The notes: a model not told the origin generated them from the letters alone. A stretch of DNA of 64,000 bases from an uncultured Nitrospiraceae bacterium (GCA_963846575.1 CAWJWJ010000001.1:256001-320000), one strand, 5' to 3'. Positions 10,081 through 20,811 are shown, numbered from the stretch's first letter. A program made the numbers and translations.

Positions 10081-10989
10081 TCAGCGTCTGACCACCAACA
10101 CCGAGCAGGGCGCGTGCCGCGCCACCTGATGGGAGACGCTGCCGATCAGAAATCGCGTGACACCGGCCAGGCCGCGGCAGCTCATCACGATCAGCTGTGC
10201 CCGTTGACGCTTCGCCACCTTGACGATCTCTTCGGCAGGATGCCCCTCCGCGAACGAGACCTCCGCGGTGATTCCGCGCGTCTCGAGCCGGTGCTGCCAC
10301 TGCTGCAGCCGACGTTCCATCTGCCGCTTCCGCTCCAGGAGGGCGCGCCGGACGGCCTGCCGGACGTCGACGTGACCCTTCATCGCAAGCCACGCGGCCC
10401 TGTACGTCTGCGTGGGAAAGACATGCACCAGCGTCAGTCGTGACGAGGGAGGAAGATGCAGACCTTCCACAAATTCCAGAGCGTTGGGCGCCTCCGGAGA
10501 TCCGTCCATCGCGACGACGACTCGCAAGCCGCGCCTCGGGTCATGGCGGCCCCGGCGCGGTCGGCGTACCAGCAGGACCGAACAGGCAGCATGGCTCAGT
10601 ATTTTCTCACTCACGCTGCCCAGCAGAAAGAGGGGAAGCCCGGTGAGACCATGCGATCCCATCACGATCAGGTCGGACTGCTGGCGGTCGGCGGTCCGCA
10701 GAATCTGCGCCGCCGGCGCGCCTCGTGCGATCAGGGTCTTCACACGCAGACCCTGCCCGGCAAGCCGTCTCGCGATCGTCTCGACGGACCGCTGCGCCCA
10801 CCCGATCAGATCCTTGCACCAGGCCGCGAGTTGCACCGGGATGGCAGGCCCCTGGAGCGGGACGGGAGGGACCGTGAACACATGGAGGATCCGGACCGCC
10901 GAACCAGCCGGAATTCGAAGACGCTCCAGAAACAGGGCGGCGGCTCGTGAGTCGCGCGACAGGTCTAATGCGAGGAGGACTTTCATCAT
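10081..10989 (-). CDS. Tandem-domain universal stress protein
   Basis: KVLLALDLS; GSHG..LLGSVSEK; IGSVSHQVARHAPCSVLVV. Confidence 0.9.
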   Translation of the reverse strand: MMKVLLALDLSRDSRAAALFLERLRIPAGSAVRILHVFTVPPVPLQGPAIPVQLAAWCKDLIGWAQRSVETIARRLAGQGLRVKTLIARGAPAAQILRTADRQQSDLIVMGSHGLTGLPLFLLGSVSEKILSHAACSVLLVRRPRRGRHDPRRGLRVVVAMDGSPEAPNALEFVEGLHLPPSSRLTLVHVFPTQTYRAAWLAMKGHVDVRQAVRRALLERKRQMERRLQQWQHRLETRGITAEVSFAEGHPAEEIVKVAKRQRAQLIVMSCRGLAGVTRFLIGSVSHQVARHAPCSVLVVRR

Positions 10990-11012
10990 ATCTTCCTCAT
11001 CACGGTCTCACG

Positions 11013-11120
11013 TCAATGGTCATAGACGGCGATGCCATCGCGCAGCCTGCGGTCACGTTCCTGTTCCATCAGGCACACCCGGCCCGTCCGCCTGCCGGCC
11101 TGCTGCTTCAACACAGTCAT
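11013..11120 (-). CDS. 35-aa coupled ORF (MTVLKQQAG...VYDH)
   Basis: ATG overlaps the MFS stop (ATGA); fills the gap to the USP gene. Confidence 0.3.
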   Translation of the reverse strand: MTVLKQQAGRRTGRVCLMEQERDRRLRDGIAVYDH

Positions 11121-12496
11121 CCAGTGGCAGGAACAGCCGGCATGACGGGATGCCGCCTCATGCGCTCGACCGACAGCGCCGTCGCCAGGAAAACCGCTCC
11201 GACCCCCAGCAGGCAGGGTTCGGGGCCGACCAGGTCGGCCATCCAACCGAAGCCGGCCATGCCGGCCATGGCGGCAGCCATGCCGGCCACGCTGAAGATC
11301 GTAAAGACCCGCCCACGCAGATTGCCGGGCGTCCACTCTTGCAGCAGGGCCCAGACGATCGGCATGAACAGGGCTTCGCACGCACCGATGATCACGAGCA
11401 GCAGGGCCGCGAAGACGGGCGAGTCCTGGCCGCTCAAGAGCGCCACCGCCCCTGCCCCGACGGCCATCGACAGGGACATGATGCGAAATCGCCGCTCGAC
11501 CTGTCGTACTTTCATCCAGACGAGCCAGAGGGAGGCTCCGAGCATCCCGATGCCGAGGCCGGACCACAACCAGCCCAGTTCCATGGGGCCGACGTGAAGC
11601 CCCTGCCTGGCATAGACCGGCAGGAGAAAAATAAACGCGCTGGCTGCAAGGGTGTAGAGCGTCGACGCGATCATGAAGTTGAAGATGAGACGGTGCTGCA
11701 CGAAGACGAAGCGGACGCCGACCAGCAGATCCGCCATCACCGTACCCGGAGAACCGGGCTGTCCCGCCGCCACGATAACCTCGCGCACGCGGATAGGCAT
11801 GAGAAACAGGGCGGATGTGAGGTTACAGGCGGCATCGGCGTAGAGCACGTTCTGCGCGCCGAACAGCGCGATCCCCATGCCGCTGACGGCCGGTCCCACC
11901 AGCATCCCGATATTGGCCGTCCCCTGCAACAACGCATTGGCGGCCGTGAGCTGCGGGCGCGGGACGATCAGCGGCACGGCGGAGGCGAGGGCCGGCCCGA
12001 ACACGGTTCCGAAGACGGCGATGACGAAGACCAGGGCGTAGAGACCTTCAAGCGTCAGCAGATCGGCGGCATGCAGCACGGGAATGAGAAAGATCAACCC
12101 GGCTTGCACGAGATCGACGGCGATCATGACCGGCTTCTTGGGAAGCCGATCGAGGTAGACACCGATCACGGGTCCGAGCACCAGCGGCGGGAGCGTCTGC
12201 AGCAGCCCGATCACGGTCATCATCAGGGCCGAGCCGGTCATCGTATAGACAAACCACAGCAGGGCCACCTTGTTGATCCCGTCGCCCATTTGGGAAATGC
12301 TCTGGCCTACCCAGAGCAGCAGGAAATTTCGCTGCTTGAAGAGGCGCCACCCTTCGGGACTTTCTCCCGACCAGGCGGCCGAGGCAGCTTCGCCCTCCGG
12401 ATGCACCCCATTGGACGCAACGGAATCGACATAACCAACCCGAACGGGAGGCGACCCGGTGTCACCCTGCTTGTTACGATCCACGCCGGTCGTCAT
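11117..12496 (-). CDS. MFS transporter (DHA3/macrolide-efflux-like)
   Basis: RNFLLLWVGQSISQMGD; GVYLDRLPKK; about 12 TM; LRGRVF. Start uncertain. Confidence 0.88.
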   Translation of the reverse strand: MTTGVDRNKQGDTGSPPVRVGYVDSVASNGVHPEGEAASAAWSGESPEGWRLFKQRNFLLLWVGQSISQMGDGINKVALLWFVYTMTGSALMMTVIGLLQTLPPLVLGPVIGVYLDRLPKKPVMIAVDLVQAGLIFLIPVLHAADLLTLEGLYALVFVIAVFGTVFGPALASAVPLIVPRPQLTAANALLQGTANIGMLVGPAVSGMGIALFGAQNVLYADAACNLTSALFLMPIRVREVIVAAGQPGSPGTVMADLLVGVRFVFVQHRLIFNFMIASTLYTLAASAFIFLLPVYARQGLHVGPMELGWLWSGLGIGMLGASLWLVWMKVRQVERRFRIMSLSMAVGAGAVALLSGQDSPVFAALLLVIIGACEALFMPIVWALLQEWTPGNLRGRVFTIFSVAGMAAAMAGMAGFGWMADLVGPEPCLLGVGAVFLATALSVERMRRHPVMPAVPATG

Positions 12497-12583
12497 ACGT
12501 ATCCACCCATACTTCAATTGTCCGACGTTCAATCTCCGGGCGTCCGACTGTCAGCGCGAATGCCGAATGGTGGGAGGCCCGAC

Positions 12584-12830
12584 CTACCGTCCCGTCTCGT
12601 GACAGGTGAGACAACGTGCCATGTGTCCCGATTGATGGAAAGGACCACCCGTGGAAGGCGTATGCAGGATGACGGCCAAGCCCGACCAGCCCACGGCGTG
12701 GCCATATCGCGTAAGGCCGAAAGGAGAGGCCGCGTCGATGCTGAGCATCGCTTCAAAGGCCAGCGCTGCAGGCAACCGCTGCAATCACTACCGAACCGAT
12801 CATAACCATGCGGCGCAGGACTGCTGTCAT
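12584..12830 (-). pseudogene. Small secreted monoheme c-type peptide with a 1-nt frameshift
   Basis: Signal-like MTAVLRRMVMIGSVVIAAVACS in one frame, ALAFEAM...FHQSGHMARCLTCHETGR in another; span is 3n+1. Confidence 0.5.
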
Positions 12831-12942
12831 GCCGGACACTCATCGCTGACCAACAGGCGAAGTCCGAACGATGCGGCCACCAGGCAGGGTGTCGAGGATG
12901 CGTCGCCATCATCAGCGATGAGCCTCCGGACAATGCCCGCCA

Positions 12943-13326
12943 TCACTTCATGTACTGCTCCACGCCCTTCCTACCGCCGGCATGGCAACGCAGGCAGTCT
13001 GCGAATCGACCAGGCCCGTGAATGCCTGTGGCTTTCGCCCTCAGTTCCCGGACCAGCGCATTGTCCAGAACCTGCCCCGTCGCTCCGCCGCCGCTGTCCG
13101 GGCGGTGACAGTCCTGGCATGTCGCGGCGCCGGTTGCCCGGAAGATCACATCGCTGTGAGGATTGAGTCGCATGCCGCCATCATCGGCAACGGCGGCACC
13201 CGGCGATGGCAGTCCGGCTGTCGACATGCCGACTCCATAAGGGCGCCACGCCTGTGGCCAACCCGCGCCAGCCGCGACCGTCAAGAAGAACAGGCTGAAA
13301 AACCCTCCCGCGACAAGGATTTTCAT
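12943..13326 (-). CDS. Small diheme cytochrome c
   Basis: Signal peptide; CQDCH and CLRCH; extra His (NPHS, GIHG) as possible distal ligands. Confidence 0.8.
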   Translation of the reverse strand: MKILVAGGFFSLFFLTVAAGAGWPQAWRPYGVGMSTAGLPSPGAAVADDGGMRLNPHSDVIFRATGAATCQDCHRPDSGGGATGQVLDNALVRELRAKATGIHGPGRFADCLRCHAGGRKGVEQYMK

Positions 13327-13709
13327 GAAGATCCATCCCGGTGGCTGATAGGGGCTCGTCGCTTGACCATCTCCCGCATGGGGAATAAACCGGGACGCGG
13401 TCCTTCTTCCCGGATCGGCTGCTCAAAAGGAGGATCGAGTCTCCGCTCCGCGGTTGCGCGGATCTCCTTGTGTGTGAATGTCCGAGAGAGTCTCACACCG
13501 GGAAGGCCCATGGCGCATCCGGCATGGCTTGATCGGGGAGCCTTGTCTCGATGCCCAGCGTCGGCAAAAGTCCACCCGGCGTTCGGCGGCTTCGTGACGC
13601 ACGGGCTTCAGATCAAGGGGGGCTGGGCAGGAGCCTTCCAGCGGAAACCTGCACATCCTGACCGGAAGAGCATGAACGGATCACCGACCATCTGGTCGAC
13701 GGAGGGATC

Positions 13710-14021
13710 TCACGCCCGTTCCCCTTTTTCCTTCTTGAACGCTTCCTTCGCCGCCGACAGCGCAGCCGAAATGGTCGCCTCCGTGTCTTTTATAAAGCGC
13801 TTGCCTTCCTCGACACTATGGGAGATCTCCTTGCGGACTTCCTTGGCCTTCTCAATGACTTCTTCCTCTGTCCGACGCGCATACCCCCGGATGGCCGAGC
13901 GGGTTTCTTCCCCTGATTTGGGCGCATAGAGGATGGCGACTACCGCCCCGATCATGGCTCCGCTTAAAAACGCGATCGATATCCCCACTCCCGAACAGCC
14001 TCCCTGTTGGTCTGCCATCAT
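13710..14021 (-). CDS. YtxH-domain protein
   Basis: FLSGAMIGAVVAILYAPKSGEETR signature followed by a charged helix. Confidence 0.9.
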   Translation of the reverse strand: MMADQQGGCSGVGISIAFLSGAMIGAVVAILYAPKSGEETRSAIRGYARRTEEEVIEKAKEVRKEISHSVEEGKRFIKDTEATISAALSAAKEAFKKEKGERA

Positions 14022-14087
14022 GCACTCTCCTTCTTAAATGTTTCCGGCCTTGGACTATTCCTTCTGATAGCCCCCTGTCCGAAGAAA

Positions 14088-14102
14088 GCAGAGGACGTGC
14101 CA
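14088..14102 (-). promoter_or_regulatory. Sigma54 -24/-12 promoter candidate
   Basis: Minus strand TGGCAC-GTCCT-CTGC, about 65 nt upstream of the YtxH gene. Confidence 0.7.
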
Positions 14103-14320
14103 GGCGGCCCGGCATCAACATCAACCAGGAAGTCGGTTTGGCGGAGGATTTCCTGGAATAGTCGACCGCATAACCGGTTACGCCTCACAAACTGGGGAAT
14201 TCCTGAACCGGGGGGAGCCCCGCACTGTCCCAAAAGGCCACAGCCGGAGCACCGATCCCACCAGCCCACAACCCTGCGAAAGAAATCGGACGATTGCGTT
14301 GTGTCGTCCTGTCACACCGG

Positions 14321-16756
14321 TTACGACAGCTCCACCCGCCGCAACCGCAGGCTGTTCATCACGACCGAGACGGAACTGATGGCCATCGCCGCGCTCGCCA
14401 GGACGGGACTGAGCAGCAGTCCGGTGAAGGGGTACAGGACACCGGCCGCAACGGGGATCCCGATCACGTTATAGATGAAGGCCCAGAACAGATTCTGCTT
14501 CATCACCCGCATGGTCCGCCGGGCGAGCCGGATCGCCGACGACACCCCCTGCAGGTTGCCCCGCATCAGCGTGACATCGCTCGCCTCGATGGCGATGTCC
14601 GTCCCGGTCCCGATAGCCATGCCCACGTCGGCCTGCGCCAGCGCCGGCGCATCGTTGATCCCGTCTCCGACCATCGCCACGATCTCACCGGCCTCTCGCA
14701 ACCGCCTGATCTCGGCCACCTTGCCCTCCGGCAACACCCCGGCCACGACTCGATCAACCCCGACCTCGCGAGCCACCGCCTGCGCCGTGCGTTGATGATC
14801 GCCGCTGAGCATCACCACGTGGATCCCCATCTGCGTGAGGGACCGGATCGCCTCGCGTGACGTCGTCTTCACCGGGTCCGCCACCGCAATGAGTGCGGCC
14901 GGCGCTCCATTGATGGCGACATAGACCGGCGTGTTCCCCGCTCCGGCCAATTCTTCCGCCCTGGAACGAAGGGGGTCCGTGGTCACCCCGAAATCCGCCA
15001 TCAAGGCCGCGTTTCCTGCGAGGATCGCGGCCCCCTCCACTACAGCGGCTGCTCCCCGTCCCGGGAAGGACTGAAACGCCTCCGCTTCAGCCAGAGGGAT
15101 GAGACGGTCTCCTGCCGATCGCACGATCGCCTCCGCCACCGGATGCTCCGACGAAGCCTCGAGCGAGGCGACCAGCCTGAGTACCCCTCGCTCGGACCAG
15201 GCTCCGCCCTCCGCCAGGATGATGTCCGTCACCGCCGGTTTCCCTTCCGTGATCGTGCCGGTCTTGTCCAGTACGACCGTCGTAATGTCGCCGGCCCGCT
15301 GGAGCGCTTCTCCGCCCTTGATCAAGATGCCTCCCTCGGCGCCCCTGCCGGTCGCTACCATCACTGCGGTCGGAACGGCCAGTCCCATGGCGCAGGGGCA
15401 GGCAATGATCAGCACTGCGACCGCCGCGGCGAAGGCCTGCACGACTGACGCCTGCTCCACCCCCACCATCCAGACCACGAACGTCAGGAGCGATAGTCCC
15501 ATCACGATCGGCACGAAGATGCGGCTGACCCGGTCGGCCAACTTCTGAATCGGCGCCCGTGAACCCTGCGCGTCACGCATCAGCCGGACGATGTGGGCCA
15601 GGACGCTCTGCGCCCCCACCGTGGTGGCCTGATACCGGAATGCCCCGGACCCGTTCACCGTGCCGCCGATGACCCGGTCTCCCGCCTGTTTCTCGACCGG
15701 CATCGCCTCACCGGTCAACATGGACTCATCGACCCGGCTCTGGCCGGACAACACATCGCCGTCCACCGCGATCCGCTCACCCGGCCGCACCACCACGATA
15801 TCACCGCTCCGCACGGCATCGACCGGCACGTCGATCTCGAACCCCTCCCGCACGAGGCGAGCCTGCTTGGGTTGCAGGGCCGCCAACCGTCGCAGCGCCG
15901 CCGAGGTCTGGCGTTTGGCCCGGGCCTCCAGCATCTGGCCCGTCACAATCAGGGCGACGATCACCACCACCGCTTCGTAATAGACGTCCGGCCGGACGCC
16001 GTGGCGCAGAAAAAATTCCGGAGTGATGGTGGCGGCAACCGAATAGACAAACGCCGCGCCCGTCCCCACCGCCACCAAGGCATTCATGTCGGCTGACCGG
16101 TGCCGCAACGCGGACCAGGCCCGCACATAAAAATGCCGCCCCGTCGATCCCATTACCACCGCGGTCAACCCCATGAGGACGTAGGACCAGACCGCCGGCC
16201 GGACGACATCCAGCCACGAGGCCATCCACTCCATGATCGACATGAAGTATCCTGCGCCATGCGGGCCGGATTCGTTCGCGACCATCAACGGTGTGGACAG
16301 CATCATGGCCAACAGGCCGGCCGCTCCGCTCCACATGGCCTTGCGACGAAGGGCACGATACTCATCGGCTTGCGCGCGATCCTGCGCCTCCTGTTCGTCG
16401 AATGAACTCTCGTGCTGTGCCGGATGCGCGGCCTCGTATCCGGTTCGATTGATGGCCGCGATCAACGAGTCCTCCGAGGTCACGGAGGTGTCGTAGGTAA
16501 TCACGGCCTGCTTCAACATGAGATGGACGGACGCCTCGACGACGCCTGGTTCTTTTTCCAGGAGGCGCTGGACGCGGCCCTGGCAAGCCGCACAGGTCAT
16601 GCCCTGCACCGGAATATTCACCTTCCTCAAACCCGTCGTCCGCTGCTCCTCCGCATGACGGGATGTGGCAGGCCCTGGACGGTCGATCGTGATGAGCGGC
16701 CCGACTGGCTCAACCGAAGGCTCCGCCTTCCCGCTCGAGATCGTTATTGCCTTCAT
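14321..16756 (-). CDS. copA: Cu(I)-translocating P1B-type ATPase
   Basis: GMTCAAC, TGE, CPC, DKTGT, HP, GDGIND, YN and MAISS motifs. Confidence 0.95.
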   Translation of the reverse strand: MKAITISSGKAEPSVEPVGPLITIDRPGPATSRHAEEQRTTGLRKVNIPVQGMTCAACQGRVQRLLEKEPGVVEASVHLMLKQAVITYDTSVTSEDSLIAAINRTGYEAAHPAQHESSFDEQEAQDRAQADEYRALRRKAMWSGAAGLLAMMLSTPLMVANESGPHGAGYFMSIMEWMASWLDVVRPAVWSYVLMGLTAVVMGSTGRHFYVRAWSALRHRSADMNALVAVGTGAAFVYSVAATITPEFFLRHGVRPDVYYEAVVVIVALIVTGQMLEARAKRQTSAALRRLAALQPKQARLVREGFEIDVPVDAVRSGDIVVVRPGERIAVDGDVLSGQSRVDESMLTGEAMPVEKQAGDRVIGGTVNGSGAFRYQATTVGAQSVLAHIVRLMRDAQGSRAPIQKLADRVSRIFVPIVMGLSLLTFVVWMVGVEQASVVQAFAAAVAVLIIACPCAMGLAVPTAVMVATGRGAEGGILIKGGEALQRAGDITTVVLDKTGTITEGKPAVTDIILAEGGAWSERGVLRLVASLEASSEHPVAEAIVRSAGDRLIPLAEAEAFQSFPGRGAAAVVEGAAILAGNAALMADFGVTTDPLRSRAEELAGAGNTPVYVAINGAPAALIAVADPVKTTSREAIRSLTQMGIHVVMLSGDHQRTAQAVAREVGVDRVVAGVLPEGKVAEIRRLREAGEIVAMVGDGINDAPALAQADVGMAIGTGTDIAIEASDVTLMRGNLQGVSSAIRLARRTMRVMKQNLFWAFIYNVIGIPVAAGVLYPFTGLLLSPVLASAAMAISSVSVVMNSLRLRRVELS

Positions 16757-16971
16757 GCCGCCCTCCCGACCGGCCGGGCCTCGTAACCCGCCTCCTGCAC
16801 CGCCAGGGCGATCTCGATTGGCGCAATCTGTTGTTCGTCATATGTCATGAGGGCCTCCCCGACCTTCACGGTTGTGACCTCAACGCCATCCAGTTGCGTC
16901 AAGGCCCTGGTCACCTGTCCGACACAGTGCCCGCAGGTCATCCCTTCGATCTTCATGATCAGTTCTTTCAT
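16753..16971 (-). CDS. copZ: Copper chaperone (HMA domain)
   Basis: [13 protein letters not shown]; stop overlaps the copA start. Confidence 0.9.
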   Translation of the reverse strand: MKELIMKIEGMTCGHCVGQVTRALTQLDGVEVTTVKVGEALMTYDEQQIAPIEIALAVQEAGYEARPVGRAA

Positions 16972-17171
16972 AGTCCGCCTCCCGGTTGCGTGAACGGTCC
17001 CGAGCGGGCCCCATGCCCGATCGAACCGCTCCGTCACAGTCCAAGACGGACAGGGAGGAAAAACATTACAGTGGAGGATTGTTCCTGAAGACCGTTCATG
17101 AAGGTGAGCAGTCAGGGGGAGGTGTTCTTTAGAGTCAGAGAGCGGGGATGATCACATGAAGTGGGGGGACA

Positions 17172-17768
17172 TCATTGTGTTCCACCGGCGCAGCAACCGG
17201 ACTTCCCCTGATCGCGAGTTCCTTCTCCTCCACTGGGGCCCATGCGTCCTTGCCCCGTGCCGCCTCCAGATCCCATCGGGCCTCGGCTGCCCTTCCCGGG
17301 CATACCTGCTCGCGGCCCCTCTTGCCGGCTGAAGGTTCGCGCGTAGTGCATGAGCGCCCAGATCTCCTTGTCCGTGAATTGCTCGCCAAACCCGATCATG
17401 GAGGTGCCGTGCGAGCCATGCTTGATGACCCAGAACACTTCGCCTTCGGTCCGGTGCCGCCAGAAACCCTGCTGTTGAAAATTACGGGGCGCCGGCGCAA
17501 CCCGCTCCGCGAAGGGGCCGTCGCCGCCCCCCTCCACCCCATGACATGTAAAGCAGGTGCCCTTGCCCTGATAGAGTGCCTTGCCCTGGCCGATCGTTGC
17601 AGGCGAATCCGGCAGGGGACTCCTGAGGGCCTGCGCCTCGGCCAGTTTGTCTGCCGGCACACGGGGCCGCATCATGTCCGTCTCGGCGGCCAGGACGCCC
17701 ACCGGGAGCGCGAGCAGAACCGTCATCAACATTTCAGTCATGCTGCGGGGGTACCCTACCGGCATCAC
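17172..17768 (-). CDS. Monoheme cytochrome c with Gly/Met-rich tail
   Basis: Signal peptide; CFTCH; GTSM; tail ends GCCAGGTQ. Confidence 0.88.
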   Translation of the reverse strand: MMPVGYPRSMTEMLMTVLLALPVGVLAAETDMMRPRVPADKLAEAQALRSPLPDSPATIGQGKALYQGKGTCFTCHGVEGGGDGPFAERVAPAPRNFQQQGFWRHRTEGEVFWVIKHGSHGTSMIGFGEQFTDKEIWALMHYARTFSRQEGPRAGMPGKGSRGPMGSGGGTGQGRMGPSGGEGTRDQGKSGCCAGGTQ

Positions 17769-17816
17769 GAACTCCTTTCTGCACGCCGATCCGTCCTGAA
17801 CGCCTCTTGCATTCTC

Positions 17817-18440
17817 CTACCGGACGGACCGGATGGTCCCGCCGCGATGGACCATGCGGAGCCTGCCGCCGGAACCTCCATCGCGTGGATGCAGCGGACA
17901 GAGAAATCGAAATTCCTCGACGGCTCCTGGTGGCTGATGCGCTTCCAGGCGGGCGGTACTCACGATGGCACGAATGGTCTCCCCGGACGCCAGCGTCACC
18001 CGAAACGGTTTCGTGGCAATGTCGCCCTGCTCGCCGACGATCTGCTCATAGAGTCCCTCGACCAGGAAGACGTGCGTGCGGGCCGTGAGGTTCACCAGGA
18101 CAAAGACCAGTCCTCCCTCGAGGTCGCGCTCCCTGTGGAGGACGACTTCCTCGGGAAGCCAGACCACCGAACTGTCCGGCAGATCCTTGGCCTCAAAGCG
18201 GAACTCACCGGCGCGGGCCGCCTGAGCCCACCCCATCCCCACGATCAGTACCATCGCCAGAAAGCGCCAGTGACACCAGCGGCTGATGGTCCCGACGACG
18301 GAGAGATCCTGCAGGGCCCGTCGGCGTCTCGATCCGATGCGTGAGAAGCCCCCGATCGACCCTTGCCCCTCCATCGCCATGAGTTGCTGGTTAACCTGCA
18401 TCGTTTCCTTGGCGGCCAGGCGGACAATCAGATCCCCCAC
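17817..18440 (-). CDS. Cupredoxin-fold protein (nitrosocyanin-like loop)
   Basis: VNLTARTHVF and FLCPLHP; TM/signal segment; no axial Met. Start uncertain. Confidence 0.65.
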   Translation of the reverse strand: MGDLIVRLAAKETMQVNQQLMAMEGQGSIGGFSRIGSRRRRALQDLSVVGTISRWCHWRFLAMVLIVGMGWAQAARAGEFRFEAKDLPDSSVVWLPEEVVLHRERDLEGGLVFVLVNLTARTHVFLVEGLYEQIVGEQGDIATKPFRVTLASGETIRAIVSTARLEAHQPPGAVEEFRFLCPLHPRDGGSGGRLRMVHRGGTIRSVR

Positions 18441-18500
18441 CCTGGCCGGACTCCGGGTCCGGAGCGCCGGCCAAAGTGACGGGCGCCATGAAGCGGGGCC

Positions 18501-18995
18501 TCATCCACCGCCGATTTCACCCCTGGTTTCGATGACGTAGAGTTCGCCTGTTACTTCCGGATGGATATCGCACCAGAGCGCATGGCGCTTGCTCTCCGCG
18601 ATCCCCGTAGCGGGATCGAACTTCGATGGGGCGGTCGAGAAATGAAGCGTCATTTTCTTCCCCGCATCCACATGGTACGACTTGAAATTCTTCCCCTTCA
18701 CCTCGGTCCCGCCTTCCACCTTCACCGGAATATCCCTAAACAGGTGCGAGGCAAATCCGTGGGTGACGCTGTCTTCGTTGTTCACCACAACGATGGTCTC
18801 GTGATTCGGCATGGTCAGGCCCACCGTTTTATAGCCATGCTGCCGATCATGGATGGTGATTTCCACTTTCGACGGTGGCGCTTTCATCCCCGGGGCCTGC
18901 GCGTATGCATCGTCCGCTCGCATCCCCGGCAACAGCATTCCGGCCATCACCAGCGGGGCGGCCAGTACCGTGATAAACGACCTTCGCGTTCTCAT
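18501..18995 (-). CDS. Cupredoxin-fold protein with Tat-like signal
   Basis: TRRSFI signal; NEDSVTHGF and WCDIHPEVTG; RBS AAGGAGG. Confidence 0.7.
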   Translation of the reverse strand: MRTRRSFITVLAAPLVMAGMLLPGMRADDAYAQAPGMKAPPSKVEITIHDRQHGYKTVGLTMPNHETIVVVNNEDSVTHGFASHLFRDIPVKVEGGTEVKGKNFKSYHVDAGKKMTLHFSTAPSKFDPATGIAESKRHALWCDIHPEVTGELYVIETRGEIGGG

Positions 18996-19066
18996 GTCCA
19001 ACCTCCTTGATTGACGATTCGTCGATCTCGCGAATGCATGACGGGCAATCAACCTGCTTCATCGCG

Positions 19067-19270
19067 TTACCTGATCCGCCCCACCTCCTTCCCCTCCTTC
19101 CGTTGACTCGCCACCGGAGTCTGCTTCAGGCTGAAGACACTGATCGAGACCTGGGTCCAGCTCGTGACGTTCTGAGGGCGTCGACGGATCACGATCATGA
19201 ACTGGCCGATCCTCCACCTCCAAATAGCATCTCTGTTCCGGTCCTCACGTAACGGCATCCGCGGTTCCAT
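19067..19270 (-). CDS. Small hypothetical protein
   Basis: ORF between the 19400 promoter and the cupredoxin gene; no recognisable motif. Confidence 0.3.
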   Translation of the reverse strand: MEPRMPLREDRNRDAIWRWRIGQFMIVIRRRPQNVTSWTQVSISVFSLKQTPVASQRKEGKEVGRIR

Positions 19271-19399
19271 CGTTGTTCCATTCGTTTATTCATGAGCAAT
19301 GATAGGCTCGCTTGGCTTCCCCCTGGTTCGGCCTGTTCGAGTTCCTCCGCCTTCGGCTTGCCGTCTCACATGACCGGCAAGCTCCTGTGAGGGGTTAGA

Positions 19400-19414
19400 G
19401 CACATCTCGTTCCA
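19400..19414 (-). promoter_or_regulatory. Sigma54 promoter candidate
   Basis: Minus strand TGGAAC-GAGAT-GTGC upstream of the cupredoxin-copZA run. Confidence 0.5.
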
Positions 19415-19734
19415 AAACGCTGAGCGTCCGGATCATAGGAAAAAGGCATTGTGTGACAACGGGTTTATTTACCCGGGACACAGAAGACGGCTTAGAACCC
19501 TGCCCGGGACCTGTAGCATATGGGAACAGACCCCGATCGGTGCTTGGGGCGGCGGGCATCAGCCAGGCTGCTCGTGGCAGCAGCTCTGCGGATTGCAAAG
19601 AGACCCGCAGCTGGTTGGAGGGGTCAGCGGGGCATGTGGTTACCGAAGACTACTTGGAAGAGCGGGGGAAGGGTCCACGACGGAGGAACCGTGCTGCGTG
19701 ACACTTCAGGAAACCGCCGAACAGAGGAGCCACC

Positions 19735-20358
19735 TCACTCGGCCTTGGACGCCGATTCAGGAGCTTCCCGGGAAGGCACGTCAATTTCTGATTGATCCGA
19801 CTGGCCCATGCGGCCTTGCCCCATACCGCCTCCAGGCCCCCTGTGCCCCATCGGGCCGCTGCTCCCCATGCCGGCCTGAGGACCAGGCTGCCGGCTGAAG
19901 GTCCGTTCGTATTGGATGAGAGCCCAGATCTCCTCGTCCGTCAATTGACCGCCGAAGCCGATCATGGACGTGCCGGGCGATCCGTGTTTGATCACCCAGA
20001 AAAGTTCGCCTTCCGTGCGATGCCGCCAGAATCCGTGATGCTGAAAATTGCGGGGTGAGGGGCTGAGCTGTGCGGCGACCGGTCCGTTGCCGGCCCCCTC
20101 CGCACCATGACAATTCAGACAGGTGCCCTTCCCCTTATAGAGGGCCTTGCCCTGTTCGATCGCGCCAGGTGAGGCCGGCAGGGGATTGGTGAGGGCACGC
20201 GCCTCGGCCAGTTGGTCAGCCGGCACACGAGAGCGCATCATCTCCTGCCCCTGCGCAAGGACGACTGACGAACTCACGGTGAAGACGAGAAGGATCGCCC
20301 ATCCGCCCGCTCGACGACCGATCGTTTGACAGTGTCTGACCTCTAAATTTTCTAACAT
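19735..20358 (-). CDS. Monoheme cytochrome c, paralog of 17172-17768
   Basis: CLNCH; near-identical core (RVPAD.LAEA.AL, GFWRHRTEGE.FWVIKHGS.GTSMIGFG). Confidence 0.88.
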   Translation of the reverse strand: MLENLEVRHCQTIGRRAGGWAILLVFTVSSSVVLAQGQEMMRSRVPADQLAEARALTNPLPASPGAIEQGKALYKGKGTCLNCHGAEGAGNGPVAAQLSPSPRNFQHHGFWRHRTEGELFWVIKHGSPGTSMIGFGGQLTDEEIWALIQYERTFSRQPGPQAGMGSSGPMGHRGPGGGMGQGRMGQSDQSEIDVPSREAPESASKAE

Positions 20359-20451
20359 GATTTCTCCCTGCAGCGAAGTGAGAGAAGTACCCTGTACCCC
20401 CACGAGGACGCCGGCACGATACACTTCGCAGTCGACAGGCACCGCATTCGA

Positions 20452-20811
20452 TTAGAAGGCCACGGTCCGCTCTCGCTCCGCCACCGCCTTGATATAGTCC
20501 GGCATGCCTTTCATCACGGATCCCGCTACGAGATCCGAGGCTCCGACCTGTCGCGCCACGGCGCAGGCGCTGCAGACCCAGATCGGAATCTGTGCGGACT
20601 GCACGGCCGCAAGCAGATCCTTCAGCGGAGTGAGATTCACTCCGACGACATGATCCGCCGTGCCTTTCCGCGCCAGCGTCACCGCCTCGCTCCAGAGCCA
20701 GAGCACCACCTCATGCCCCTGCTCCCTGGCCGTCTTGGCTGCCATGAAGGGCAGCGTCGCCAGCGTCGGATCGTCCGTCCCTCGACTGCCGGAAATCATG
20801 AACGTGGCCAT
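20452..20811 (-). CDS. DsrE-family protein
   Basis: GTDDPTLATLPF, EAVTL, WVCSACAVAR; RBS AGGAGG. Confidence 0.85.
   Translation of the reverse strand: MATFMISGSRGTDDPTLATLPFMAAKTAREQGHEVVLWLWSEAVTLARKGTADHVVGVNLTPLKDLLAAVQSAQIPIWVCSACAVARQVGASDLVAGSVMKGMPDYIKAVAERERTVAF

Noticed and set aside
12750..12760. In-frame TGA as selenocysteine
   Set aside because: Readthrough does not reach the CxxCH frame and no SECIS is evident; a frameshift explains it.
10412..12805. 797-aa plus-strand ORF and similar long antisense ORFs (e.g. 40147-41499, 61859-63265)
   Set aside because: Shadow frames of well-supported opposite-strand genes in GC-rich DNA; no motifs.
14190..14250. Cobalamin-riboswitch-like words (GGGGAA...GCCCCGCACTGT...GCCACAG)
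   Set aside because: Opposite strand to the flanking genes, lacks the GGTGnAAnTCC core and B12 box; better explained as activator sites.
19357..19383. GCTTGCCG...CGGCAAGC hairpin as riboswitch or terminator
   Set aside because: Single stem, no U-tract, no known RNA family features.
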